DNA of 64,000 nucleotides from Bacteroidia bacterium (GTDB lineage: Bacteria; Bacteroidota; Bacteroidia; 2-12-FULL-35-15): assembly GCA_036386835.1 (NCBI GenBank), contig DASVUX010000011.1, positions 192,291 to 256,290 on the forward strand, written 5' to 3'. Positions within the stretch are counted from its first letter, which is position 1, and each line of letters opens with the position of its first letter. The notes under the pieces are model-generated. The model saw only the letters and a list, made by a program, of their open reading frames with translations. It had not been told where the DNA came from and searched no databases. Shown here one piece after another: positions 1-9,600 of this stretch. The translations under genes were made by a program, and so were the position numbers.

Positions 1-211
1 GGATCATCTCTTCTTTCATGAACATCTTCACTGCATCAGCAAGCGGCTGAAGGATCCCGAAAGGTCCCGCCCTGTCCGGCCCGATCCGGTCCTGGAGGAA
101 TGCAGCGATCTTCCGCTCTGCATATGTGCTGTAGGTAGCGACAAGCAAAGTAATTGCGAATACCGCAAGAACCATTATACCTTTATATATTAATAAATCA
201 GATAATCCCAT
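1..211 (-). CDS. nuoH: NADH-quinone oxidoreductase subunit H, N-terminal fragment; the gene runs off the window start
   Basis: Minus-strand translation from ATG at 211-209 gives MGLSDLLIYKGIMVLAVFAITLLVATYSTYAERKIAAFLQDRIGPDRAGPFGILQPLADAVKMFMKEE. This is the conserved NuoH N-terminus (ERK..A..Q.R.GPNR.GP.GLLQP.AD..K). It sits directly downstream of nuoG in operon order. Confidence 0.75.
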   Translation of the reverse strand, partial: MGLSDLLIYKGIMVLAVFAITLLVATYSTYAERKIAAFLQDRIGPDRAGPFGILQPLADAVKMFMKEEMI

Positions 212-220
212 AATCGATCT

Positions 221-1213
221 TTATTTTAAAGCTGATAATTGTCTTTGCTGTTTACTTACATCTAATTTCAACTGTGCAAGGTTCTCATAATGATTTGCAG
301 AGATCACCGACTGGCGCTCAATATGACGAGGCCCCTCGATTGTCCAGTCGTTGATATGTTTTTTCTCAAAGCGGCATTCATTACAGATCCACTCTTCCAC
401 TTCACCCCAGATATTTTTCCTTGCTGTAACACGCAATACATCCGTACCTTTTAACCATAATGCTACTTTACCAGTACACTTTGTACATGAACGGTGAGCA
501 TCCATCGGCTTGGTGAACCACACGCGGCTCTTGAAACGGAAAGTCCTGTCGGTCAATGCGCCAACCGGGCATACATCGATCACATTTCCTGAGAAATCAT
601 TTGTGATCACATTCTTGATATAAGTGCTGATCTCTGAAACATCTCCCCTGTTCATAACACCATGTACACGTGTATCGGTGATCTGATCAGCTGTTTTCAC
701 ACAACGGTAGCAAAGGATGCAACGGGTCATGTGTAATTTTATATAAGGTCCGATATCGATCTGCTGGAAAGTTCTGCGTTTGAAATCATAACGTGTTTTT
801 GCCATTCCGTGCCCGTAACCTAAATTCTGAAGGTCGCATTCTCCGGCCTGGTCACAAATAGGACAATCAAGAGGATGATTGATCAGGAGAAATTCAACAA
901 CTCCCTTGCGTGCTTCAAGAACATCAGGAGATGTTAAATTCTGAACTTCCATTCCGTCCATTACATTCGTCCTGCAGCTTGCAACCGGTTTAGGCATGGG
1001 GCGGGGATCCTTTTCAGAACCTTTAGTCACCTTCACGATGCAGGTGCGGCAATAACCACCGCTGGTCTTTAAATTGGAGTAATAACACATTGTAGGAGGT
1101 GCGATATTCTCTCCTGTATAATTTTTATCTTCCACAATTTTTCTCGCAGCCTGGAGGATGGTTGTCCCATCAGGTACTTCTATTGTGTGTCCGTCTATAG
1201 TTACTTTAGCCAT
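221..1213 (-). CDS. nuoG: NADH-quinone oxidoreductase subunit G, short Bacteroidota-type form of 330 aa
   Basis: N-terminal 2Fe-2S ferredoxin-like fold (MAKVTIDGHTIEVPDGTTILQAA), Cys clusters CYYS..C..C, CPICDQAGEC and CILCYRC. Position after nuoF in the operon. Confidence 0.85.
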   Translation of the reverse strand: MAKVTIDGHTIEVPDGTTILQAARKIVEDKNYTGENIAPPTMCYYSNLKTSGGYCRTCIVKVTKGSEKDPRPMPKPVASCRTNVMDGMEVQNLTSPDVLEARKGVVEFLLINHPLDCPICDQAGECDLQNLGYGHGMAKTRYDFKRRTFQQIDIGPYIKLHMTRCILCYRCVKTADQITDTRVHGVMNRGDVSEISTYIKNVITNDFSGNVIDVCPVGALTDRTFRFKSRVWFTKPMDAHRSCTKCTGKVALWLKGTDVLRVTARKNIWGEVEEWICNECRFEKKHINDWTIEGPRHIERQSVISANHYENLAQLKLDVSKQQRQLSALK

Positions 1214-1305
1214 TTTGTAATTCAGTTGGCAGTCTGCATAATTGATCAGTTGACAATACAGCTAGATCAATTTACAATACTGCATAAATTATTAATTTTC
1301 AAAAA

Positions 1306-2655
1306 TTACGCGTTCACCGGATTAAGATTGTGAACATTGTAATAATGCTTTACATCCTTTATTTTTTCCGGATAATTAATGTATTCTTCAAACTCTGCAC
1401 GGAAGTGTCGGATAGCGCTTGCCACAGGCCATGCTGCCGCATCGCCAAGCGGGCAAATCGTATTCCCTTCGATCTTGCGCTGGATATCCCAAAGCAGATC
1501 GATGTCACTCGGCTTACCATGACCTTCAATGATACGGTGCAATATTTTCTCCATCCAGCCGGTTCCTTCACGGCATGGTGAACATTGTCCGCAGCTTTCA
1601 TGATGGTAAAAACGCGCGAATGTATAAAGGTTTTTTACGATGCTTGTTGTTTCATCATAAACTATAAAACCTCCTGAACCAAGCATGCTTCCTGTTGCGA
1701 AACCACCTTCACTTAGTGATTCGTATGACATCAGGCGCGGCTCTCCTTTATCATTTTTTAATATTAATTCTGCAGGTAAAATAGGAACGGAAGAACCGCC
1801 GGCAACAACTGCCTTTAATTTTTTCCCGTTTAAAATTCCACCGCAGTACTCATCTGAATAAATGAATTCTTCAACCGGCAATCCTAATTCTATTTCATAA
1901 GTACCAGGTTTGTTAATATGTCCTGATGCAGAAATTAATTTTGTTCCTGTGCTTCTTCCAATACCGATCTTTGCGTACTCATCACCGCCCATCATAACGA
2001 TCGGGCAAACAGCTGCAATTGTTTCAACATTATTCACAACGGTTGGACGGCCCCATAAACCTGCAACAGCCGGGAATGGCGGCTTGATACGGGGATTACC
2101 GCGTTTGCCCTCCAATGATTCAAGCAGTGCTGTTTCTTCACCGCAGATATAAGCGCCAGCGCCAACCTGCACATAAAGGTCAAGCGAGTAATTGGTCCCT
2201 AAAATATTTTGTCCGAGATAACCTGCTGCGTAAGCTTCTTCAATTGCTTTTTCAAGAATGCGTGCAACGTAGAAGTATTCACCACGAATATAAATGTAAG
2301 ATGATTTTGCACCGAGGGCATAACTTGAAGTGATCATCCCTTCGATAAGCAAATGAGGAATCTTCTCCATCAGGTAACGATCCTTGAATGTTCCAGGCTC
2401 CGATTCATCTGCATTGCACACAAGATGACGGTCAACACCTTCCGGCTTTGCCAGGAAACTCCATTTCATCCCGGTTGGAAATCCTGCACCACCGCGTCCC
2501 CTCAAGCCTGATTTTTTCACCTCTTCGACTACATCGTTCGGGGTCATTGATTTTAATGCCTTTTCAACCGATGCATACCCGCCTTTTTCCCTGTACACCT
2601 GGAGTGTATGGATATTCGGAACTTCTGCGTGTTGTATTAATAATTTTTTGCCCAT
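1306..2655 (-). CDS. nuoF: NADH-quinone oxidoreductase subunit F (51 kDa, FMN/NADH-binding)
   Basis: GAGAYICGEETALLESLEG FMN-binding motif; RGGAGFPTG; C-terminal 4Fe-4S Cys motif ESCGQCSPCREG. 1-bp overlap with nuoE. Confidence 0.9.
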   Translation of the reverse strand: MGKKLLIQHAEVPNIHTLQVYREKGGYASVEKALKSMTPNDVVEEVKKSGLRGRGGAGFPTGMKWSFLAKPEGVDRHLVCNADESEPGTFKDRYLMEKIPHLLIEGMITSSYALGAKSSYIYIRGEYFYVARILEKAIEEAYAAGYLGQNILGTNYSLDLYVQVGAGAYICGEETALLESLEGKRGNPRIKPPFPAVAGLWGRPTVVNNVETIAAVCPIVMMGGDEYAKIGIGRSTGTKLISASGHINKPGTYEIELGLPVEEFIYSDEYCGGILNGKKLKAVVAGGSSVPILPAELILKNDKGEPRLMSYESLSEGGFATGSMLGSGGFIVYDETTSIVKNLYTFARFYHHESCGQCSPCREGTGWMEKILHRIIEGHGKPSDIDLLWDIQRKIEGNTICPLGDAAAWPVASAIRHFRAEFEEYINYPEKIKDVKHYYNVHNLNPVNA

Positions 2656-3194
2656 TATAATGTATTCTTATAATCAAGATCGGTATAACTTCGTTGTTTT
2701 CCTGCTGCGCGGTACTCTTCAATAAGGTTGTCCACTTTTTCAAGGGTCAGGTTTTCGTGGTAAGATGCCCCGCATTGCATCATTGGCGCTGAACCGCAGC
2801 TTCCAAGGCACTCAACTGTTTTCAGCGTAAACATTCCGTCAGCAGTAGTTTCGCCTTCCCTGATGTTCAAACGCTTCTCAATATGTTTTACAACATCTTC
2901 AGCACCACGCACCCAGCAGGATGATGTACGGCAAATTTCAAGCATGCATTTTCCAACAGGCTTCAGATTGAACATCGAATAGAAAGATGCTACTTCATAT
3001 ACTTCAATTGGTTTGATGTTTAAGATAGAAGCAACGTAATCCATTGACTCCGGGCTTAACCAGCCGCCAAATTCAGCCTGGGCAATATGAAGGATGGGGA
3101 TCAGGGCCGATTTGGATTTATCAGACGGGTAACGTCCTATGATCTTATTCACCGTTGCTAATGTTTCTTCGTTGAATTTAATTTCCTGTGACAT
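2655..3194 (-). CDS. nuoE: NADH-quinone oxidoreductase subunit E (24 kDa, 2Fe-2S)
   Basis: Thioredoxin-like 2Fe-2S subunit motifs CRTSSCWVRG and CLGSCGSAPMM; size 179 aa; operon position. Confidence 0.85.
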   Translation of the reverse strand: MSQEIKFNEETLATVNKIIGRYPSDKSKSALIPILHIAQAEFGGWLSPESMDYVASILNIKPIEVYEVASFYSMFNLKPVGKCMLEICRTSSCWVRGAEDVVKHIEKRLNIREGETTADGMFTLKTVECLGSCGSAPMMQCGASYHENLTLEKVDNLIEEYRAAGKQRSYTDLDYKNTL

Positions 3195-3247
3195 CTGTAT
3201 TCTGTGTTTCAGGTTGACTTGATTGCCAACACTAAATTGTCTTTTAT

Positions 3248-4459
3248 TTATGCGTCTAACTCACCGGCAATTACATTCATGCTGCTCATTGTAAGAATGG
3301 CATCTGAAAGATAAGCGCCCTTGATCATATCGGTATAAGCCTGGTAATAAATAAAACATGGCCTGCGGATGTGCATCCTGTAGGGAGTTCTTCCACCATC
3401 GCTGATGAGATAAAAACCAAGCTCTCCGTTTCCTCCTTCAACACAATGGTATACTTCACCAACAGGGACATCTGCTTCACCCATCACAATTTTAAAGTGA
3501 TAGATCAGTGCTTCCATGTTGTTGTATACTTCCTGTTTCGGGGGAAGGAAAAACTCAGGAACATCTGCATGAAAAATTCCTTCCGGTTCTTTTTTCACTT
3601 TTTCAATCGCCTGTTTGATAATGCTTAAGCTTTGCCACATTTCTTCTTCACGCACCATAAAGCGATCATATGTATCACCTTGTGTTCCGACAGGAACTGT
3701 AAATTCAAATTCTTCATACGAACAATACGGGTTCATTACCCGGACATCATAATCGACACCTGCAGCACGCAGGTTAGGCCCGGTGAAACCATAACCTAAA
3801 GCTTTTTCAGCAGTGATAGGACCGCAATTTATCGTACGATCCATAAAGATCCTGTTGCGCATCAACAGGTTCTCAAACTCTTTTAATTTACCCGGGAATT
3901 CATTTAAGAACTTATCTAGAAATGCCCATGCTTTAGGTGAAAAATCTCTTTCCAGTCCACCGATACGCCCAATATTGGTAGTTAAGCGGGCTCCGCATAA
4001 TTCTTCGAATATGTCGTAAATGCTTTCTCTTTGCTGGAAAATGTAAAGGAAACCGGTCATTGCACCGGTATCCACACCTATAACGCTGTTACAGATTATA
4101 TGATCTGCGATACGTGCAAGTTCCATAATAATAACACGGAGATACTGAACACGCTTAGGAATTTCGATCTTCAGTAATTTCTCAACGGTCATGTGCCAGC
4201 CCATATTATTGATCGGTGATGAACAATAATTCAGACGATCCGTCAATACGGTGATCTGGTAATATGGCCTGCGTTCTGCTATTTTCTCAAAAGCACGGTG
4301 GATATAACCAACGGTGGATTCCCCCTCGATAATAATCTCACCATCCATTTTCAGGACATTCTGGAAGATCCCGTGAGTGGCAGGATGTGTAGGACCAAGA
4401 TTCAGAGTTGTGTACTCGTTCTCTATCAGTTCCTGGTTAGTATTTTTTTCTTTAGCCAT
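3248..4459 (-). CDS. nuoD: NADH-quinone oxidoreductase subunit D (49 kDa)
   Basis: 403 aa. N-terminal LNLGPTHPATHG. Conserved NuoD blocks such as RIGGLERDF and the C-terminal IRRPCF..Y.A...MIKG.YLSD.I. Operon position. Confidence 0.9.
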   Translation of the reverse strand: MAKEKNTNQELIENEYTTLNLGPTHPATHGIFQNVLKMDGEIIIEGESTVGYIHRAFEKIAERRPYYQITVLTDRLNYCSSPINNMGWHMTVEKLLKIEIPKRVQYLRVIIMELARIADHIICNSVIGVDTGAMTGFLYIFQQRESIYDIFEELCGARLTTNIGRIGGLERDFSPKAWAFLDKFLNEFPGKLKEFENLLMRNRIFMDRTINCGPITAEKALGYGFTGPNLRAAGVDYDVRVMNPYCSYEEFEFTVPVGTQGDTYDRFMVREEEMWQSLSIIKQAIEKVKKEPEGIFHADVPEFFLPPKQEVYNNMEALIYHFKIVMGEADVPVGEVYHCVEGGNGELGFYLISDGGRTPYRMHIRRPCFIYYQAYTDMIKGAYLSDAILTMSSMNVIAGELDA

Positions 4460-4529
4460 TGTATTAAGTCAAAGTGTTTAAGTCAAAATAGAAAGAGTTT
4501 CCTTGTTTTGACTTTTCTCTCTTATTCCC

Positions 4530-5048
4530 TTATCGTCCGAACATTTTATCATCCTTATCCTCGCGTGTCCCATCTTCAAGAGGATATTCCTTCCGCATAG
4601 GGTGATACGTCATTTCATCCATATTTAATATTCGCTTGAGATTAGGATGCCCTTTAAATATGATTCCGTAGAAGTCGTATTCCTGGCGTTCCATCCAGTT
4701 GGCTGTAGGAAATAAGGTTGTTATTGTGGGAAGATTGGGATCGTTAACCGGGAAGAATGTTTTTAAACGGATACGGTGGTTTTTCGGAAGATTATGCAGC
4801 TGGTACATTACTCCAAGCTCCTGGCCTTTATTGTCAGGAAAATGAAGGCCGCACATCGTGGTAAGAAATGTGTATCCCAGTTCTTCGTCTTCCTTTAAAA
4901 ATTTGAGCACATCATAAATTGCGTCCCTCCTGATAATGAAGACCGGGAAATCGTAATGCTGTTCGGCCGCAACAACAGCATCCCCGAATTTTGCTGTTAA
5001 TCTGTCACCAACTGCTGCCAATAATGTGTTTTCCATATTGTTATTCAA
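4530..5048 (-). CDS. nuoC: NADH-quinone oxidoreductase subunit C (30 kDa)
   Basis: 172 aa with a typical NuoC core ([13 protein letters not shown]...MYQLHN). 8-bp overlap with nuoB. Confidence 0.85.
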   Translation of the reverse strand: MNNNMENTLLAAVGDRLTAKFGDAVVAAEQHYDFPVFIIRRDAIYDVLKFLKEDEELGYTFLTTMCGLHFPDNKGQELGVMYQLHNLPKNHRIRLKTFFPVNDPNLPTITTLFPTANWMERQEYDFYGIIFKGHPNLKRILNMDEMTYHPMRKEYPLEDGTREDKDDKMFGR

Positions 5049-5601
5049 TATTGTATTTTGCTAACAATGCTTTGTATTCCGGAGTATCCCGCCTTCTGAT
5101 CGACTCGGATTCCACCAGTTTCTGGATCTGTAGAATCCCGTCAAGTACCTGTTCAGGGCGTGGAGGGCAGCCGGGGATATACACATCCACAGGTATGATC
5201 CTGTCGATCCCCTGCAATACGCTGTATGTATCAAAAACACCTCCACTGGAAGCACATGCACCCATTGAAAGTACCCATTTAGGTTCAGCCATCTGCTCAT
5301 ACACCTGGCGCAAAACAGGACCCATCTTTTTGGAAATTGTTCCCATCACCATCAGCAAATCAGCCTGGCGCGGAGAAAAGCTTAAGCGCTCAGCGCCAAA
5401 ACGACCAAGATCATAAGTTGAAGCCATGGTTGCCATAAATTCAATCCCGCAGCAAGAAGTAGCAAAGGGTAATGGCCACAGGGAATTAGCCCGTGCCATC
5501 CCTACCACTTTATCTATCCGTGTAGCGAAGAACCCCGGCCCTTCAATGCCCGGAGGGGCATCCGCATCGAGGTTTACATTAGATTTTTCTTCTTTACTCA
5601 T
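5041..5601 (-). CDS. nuoB: NADH-quinone oxidoreductase subunit B (20 kDa, N2 4Fe-4S)
   Basis: [16 protein letters not shown] and the PGCPPRPE Cys ligand motifs of the N2 cluster. Confidence 0.9.
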   Translation of the reverse strand: MSKEEKSNVNLDADAPPGIEGPGFFATRIDKVVGMARANSLWPLPFATSCCGIEFMATMASTYDLGRFGAERLSFSPRQADLLMVMGTISKKMGPVLRQVYEQMAEPKWVLSMGACASSGGVFDTYSVLQGIDRIIPVDVYIPGCPPRPEQVLDGILQIQKLVESESIRRRDTPEYKALLAKYNIE

Positions 5602-5633
5602 TTTTATCCTTTCCCGCCATATGCGGTTATTTT

Positions 5634-6032
5634 TTAATTTAACGTTATTACCATTCCGGGAACCTTCCGTGCTTCTTTTCCGCTCTGAACCACCTGTACG
5701 GCCTCTATCAGCACTTTATTTCCCATCTTTTTCTTTTTATGCAGTTCCTGGATCGACTCCAGTGCCTGTTTACTGAATGCATTTCCTTTTGAAGGATATT
5801 CTATTTGTATTGTATCTTTTTTCTCGGCTTTCTGTATTGTAAGAATAAAAGAATTAATACTTACTCCTTTTTCATCCGCTATCAACTCCTTTTTGCAGGA
5901 CATAAATTCATCCCATGTCATGAAGCAATTGCCTGTTTTTCCGCACATTGAATACAATGGTTTTTCTTTTTGCGCACTGCCTGTAAAGGCAAATAACAAA
6001 AACAGGCAGATCAGCTGAAGCTTTACTCCCAC
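5634..6032 (-). CDS. hypothetical small secreted Cys-containing protein of 132 aa, inserted between nuoA and nuoB
   Basis: Signal-peptide-like N-terminus [21 protein letters not shown]. Several Cys (CGKTGNC, MSC). No recognisable family. Its start overlaps the nuoA stop by 10 bp, with a 32-bp gap before nuoB. Confidence 0.5.
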   Translation of the reverse strand: MGVKLQLICLFLLFAFTGSAQKEKPLYSMCGKTGNCFMTWDEFMSCKKELIADEKGVSINSFILTIQKAEKKDTIQIEYPSKGNAFSKQALESIQELHKKKKMGNKVLIEAVQVVQSGKEARKVPGMVITLN

Positions 6033-6394
6033 TTTAACGCCCCTTTTTTGATGATGTAATAAAATCCGACCAGCAGAAAGCCAACAAAAGTCAGCATTTC
6101 AATAAAACCAGTAAAGCCCAGGCTTTTGAAATTCACTGCCCAGGGATACATGAAAATAACCTCCACATCAAACAATACAAAAAGGATCGCCACCAGGAAA
6201 TATTTAATAGAAAAGGGTATCCTGGCATTTCCCTGAACTTCGATACCGCACTCAAACGTATCTTCTTTGATCTTTGATTTTCTTTTCGGGCCTAAGGCAT
6301 GGGTTGCAAACATAGTAGTTACAACAAATCCAAGCGCAACAATAAACATTAATGCAATAGGTAAAAAATCAATTGGAGTACTTGATGCCACCAT
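6023..6394 (-). CDS. nuoA: NADH-quinone oxidoreductase subunit A
   Basis: 123 aa, three predicted TM helices, conserved FECGIE motif; first gene of the operon. Confidence 0.85.
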   Translation of the reverse strand: MVASSTPIDFLPIALMFIVALGFVVTTMFATHALGPKRKSKIKEDTFECGIEVQGNARIPFSIKYFLVAILFVLFDVEVIFMYPWAVNFKSLGFTGFIEMLTFVGFLLVGFYYIIKKGALKWE

Positions 6395-6453
6395 AAATGT
6401 CCTGTTTTAGTTTAGAAGGTTCAATTTTAGGTATTTCTTTTGAAATATCCTTA

Positions 6454-6461
6454 ATTTTCAC
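6454..6461 (-). promoter_or_regulatory. candidate Bacteroidota sigma-A -7 box (TAAATTTG on the minus strand) upstream of nuoA
   Basis: The minus-strand motif TAAATTTG matches the TAnnTTTG -7 consensus of Bacteroidota promoters. It lies about 60 nt upstream of the nuoA start codon. No clear -33 TTG was found. Confidence 0.3.
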
Positions 6462-6569
6462 TACAAATTTACGATTTTTCCTGCGAAATGAAGCGCCTGA
6501 AAAGCTTATTTAGACTAATTACAAGCTGGCATTGTTCAACTTCAAAAATTCGCGTTTAAATGCTTTACC

Positions 6570-6602
6570 AAAAAAAATCGCCCGGTGATTTTCCACCGGG
6601 CG
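6570..6602 (-). terminator. rho-independent terminator after the 1868-aa adhesin gene
   Basis: Perfect 10-bp inverted repeat tcgcccggtg/caccgggcga at 6577-6586 and 6593-6602 with a 6-nt loop. It is followed on the minus strand by a 7-nt U-tract (plus-strand A-run at 6570-6576). Confidence 0.65.
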
Positions 6603-6625
6603 ACCTTATTTTCAACTGATTTACT

Positions 6626-9600
6626 TTAATAAACAACGATCTTTTTCACGGTTTCTTTTTTGCTGTTTGTCAGGCTGATGGTATAAATACCCTGGCCGTA
6701 TTCAACAACACTCATTTTCTTATTATAGCTACCCGAGAAGTCTTTCAGGTCGTCCTTAAAAATGAGCTGACCTAATGCATTGACGATCTCAACAGTATAA
6801 TTTCCCCTTTCGGCAGAATAGAACGAAATATTAAAGTTTCCGTCATTCGGGTTAGGGTAGATCAGTAATCCGTAAGGATTGGACATTTCAACAATTCCAA
6901 CACTTGTTATTACAACCGGGGCGGAGCCTGCAGATGCGCAGCCTCCTGTTGTAACTACAACTGTATACGTACCATTAGCAAGAACGGTATAGGTTTGGCC
7001 TGTAGCGCCTGCAATAGGATTACCATCTAAGTACCATTGATTTCCTGAAGCAGAGCTTGATGTAAGATCAAGTCCAAGCTGAGAAATTGTTGGTGTTGAT
7101 GGAGTAGAACCGGTATTGCCAACGTTAGCAGAAGTTGTAAATGTACAGCCATTTGCATCTGTCACCACTACAGGATATGTTCCTGCTGTGAAACCCGTAT
7201 AACTGGTGGTCGGAGTTGATCCGCTGCCATTTACTGAATAAGTGTAAGGCGCAGTTCCTCCTGTTGTGGCACCGATCATTATCGATCCGTCAGAAGCTCC
7301 GCAATTCGAATTCGTGCTGGTAACAACTGTTGCTGTCGGACCCGGTATATTTGTAACTGTTGCAGTTGTACTGAATGTACAAGAGTTCGCATCTGTGACA
7401 ACCACCGTATAAGTTCCTGCTGCTAGACCATTGTATGTAACGGTAGTTGTTGAAGCACCACCATTCACAGAGTACATATAAGCTGCTGTCCCTCCGGTTG
7501 TGTTTCCGATGTTAATCGCACCATTCGCGTTACCGCAAGTCGCATTCACAGTACTTACAGCCTGAGCTGTCGGGCCAGGGGTATTTGTAATTGTTGCCGA
7601 TGTGGTGAACATACATCCTGCAGCGTCCTTTACAATAACAGGGTACGAACCCGCTGCTAATCCCGTATAAGTTACGGTTGTTGTGAACCCGCTGCCGTTC
7701 ACAGAGTATGTATATGGACTTGTTCCGCCTGTAGCGGCTCCAATATTGATACTTCCGTTTGAAGCTCCGCACGTAGCATTAGTCGTGCTGGTCGATAATG
7801 CAGTCGGACCGGATGAATTAGAAACAGTTGCCGTTGTGCTGAACTGGCAACCGTTGGCATCCTGTACCACCACAGGATATGAACCTGCAGCTAAAGCCGT
7901 ATAAGATGTAGTTGTTGTAAAAGCACTTCCGTTAACTGAAAAAGCATACGGCCCTGTTCCGCCGGTGGTCGCACCTAATGTTATTGTTCCGGTGGACGCA
8001 CCACACGCGGTAGGCGTTGTTGTAGCTGCCTGAGCAGTTGGACCATTAACAACAGTTACAGCTGCTGTTCCTGCTATACTTGTACAACCGTTGGTAGTTA
8101 CAGTCACGCTGTAAGTTCCTGCCATGGCTGCTGTTGCAGAAGGACGGGTTGGATTCTGAACCGTTGATGTAAAGGCTGCAGGCCCTGTCCATGCATATGT
8201 TGCACCAGCTACTGTTGGTGTGGATAAAGTAATTGTAGAACCCACACAAACCGGGGTTGATGCTGTAACAGCAGGAGTTGCAGGAACTGCATTGATCACG
8301 ACTGTTGAAGTTCCCGCAGCACTTGTACAACCTCCCACTGTTACAGTCACACTGTAAGTTCCCGCCATTGCTGCTGTTGCAGAAGGACGTGTCGGGTTCT
8401 GAACTGCTGACGTAAATGAGGCCGGGCCTGTCCATGCATACGTTGCACCAGCCACCGTTGGTGTATTCAATGAAATTGTTTGACCTGCGCAATCAGGAGA
8501 GCTGGTTGTAACAGTTGGGGTTGCAGGAACTGCATTCACCACAACTGTAGCTGTGCCCGCTGCACTTGTACATCCGTTGGTTGTTACAGTCAAACTGTAA
8601 GTTCCTGCCATGGCTGCTGTTGCAGAAGGACGGGTTGGATTCTGAACTGCTGACGTAAATGAGGCCGGGCCCGTCCATGCATATGTTGCACCAGCTACTG
8701 TTGGTGTAGATAAAGCAATTGTAGAACCCACACAAACCGGGGTTGATGCTGTAACAGCAGGAGTTGCAGGGACTGCATTGATCACGACTGTTGAAGTTCC
8801 CGCAGCACTTGTACAACCTCCCACCGTTACAGTTACACTGTAGGTTCCCGCCATTGCTGCTGTTGCAGAAGGTCGTGTAGGGTTCTGAACTGCTGACGTA
8901 AATGAGGCCGGGCCTGTCCATGCATACGTTGCACCAGCCACCGTTGGTGTATTCAATGAAATTGTTTGCCCTGCGCAATCAGGAGAGCTGGTTGTAATTG
9001 TTGGCGTTGCAGGAATATTGTTTACAACTACCGCAACTGTACCGGCTAAGCTGGTACAGCCATTTGTTGTTACAGTAACGCTGTACGTTCCTGCCATTGC
9101 TGCTGTTGCAGAAGGACGGGTAGGATTCTGGACAGCTGAAGTAAAGGATGCAGGACCAGTCCATGCATATGTTGCACCCGCAACTGCAGGCGTTGACAAG
9201 GTAATTGTGGAGCCCACGCAAACCGGTGAATTAGATGTTGGAGCCGGAGTTGCCGGTAGTGCATTTACAACAACCGAAGCCGTTCCGGCAGCACTTGTAC
9301 ATCCGTTAACTGTAACAGTAACACTGTATGTGCCTGCCATTGCAGTTGTAGCAGAAGGACGGGTCGGGTTCTGAACCGCGGACGTAAATGAGGCCGGTCC
9401 TGTCCATGCATAAGTTGCACCAGTAACTGTTGGTGTATTCAGTGATATCGTTTGACCTGCACAATCAGGAGAGCTGGTTGTAACAGCCGGAGTGGATGGA
9501 ATTGCATTCACCGTCATTGTAATCGCGTTCGATGTAGCCGGGCTGCCGGTTACACCTGCAAGGTTTGAGGTCATTATTACTGTAACAACCTGCCCATTTG

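Noticed and set aside
5426-5776. 116-aa plus-strand ORF spanning the nuoB start and the small lipoprotein gene
   Set aside because: It is antisense to two supported minus-strand genes, has no motif support, and would interrupt an otherwise tightly packed operon.
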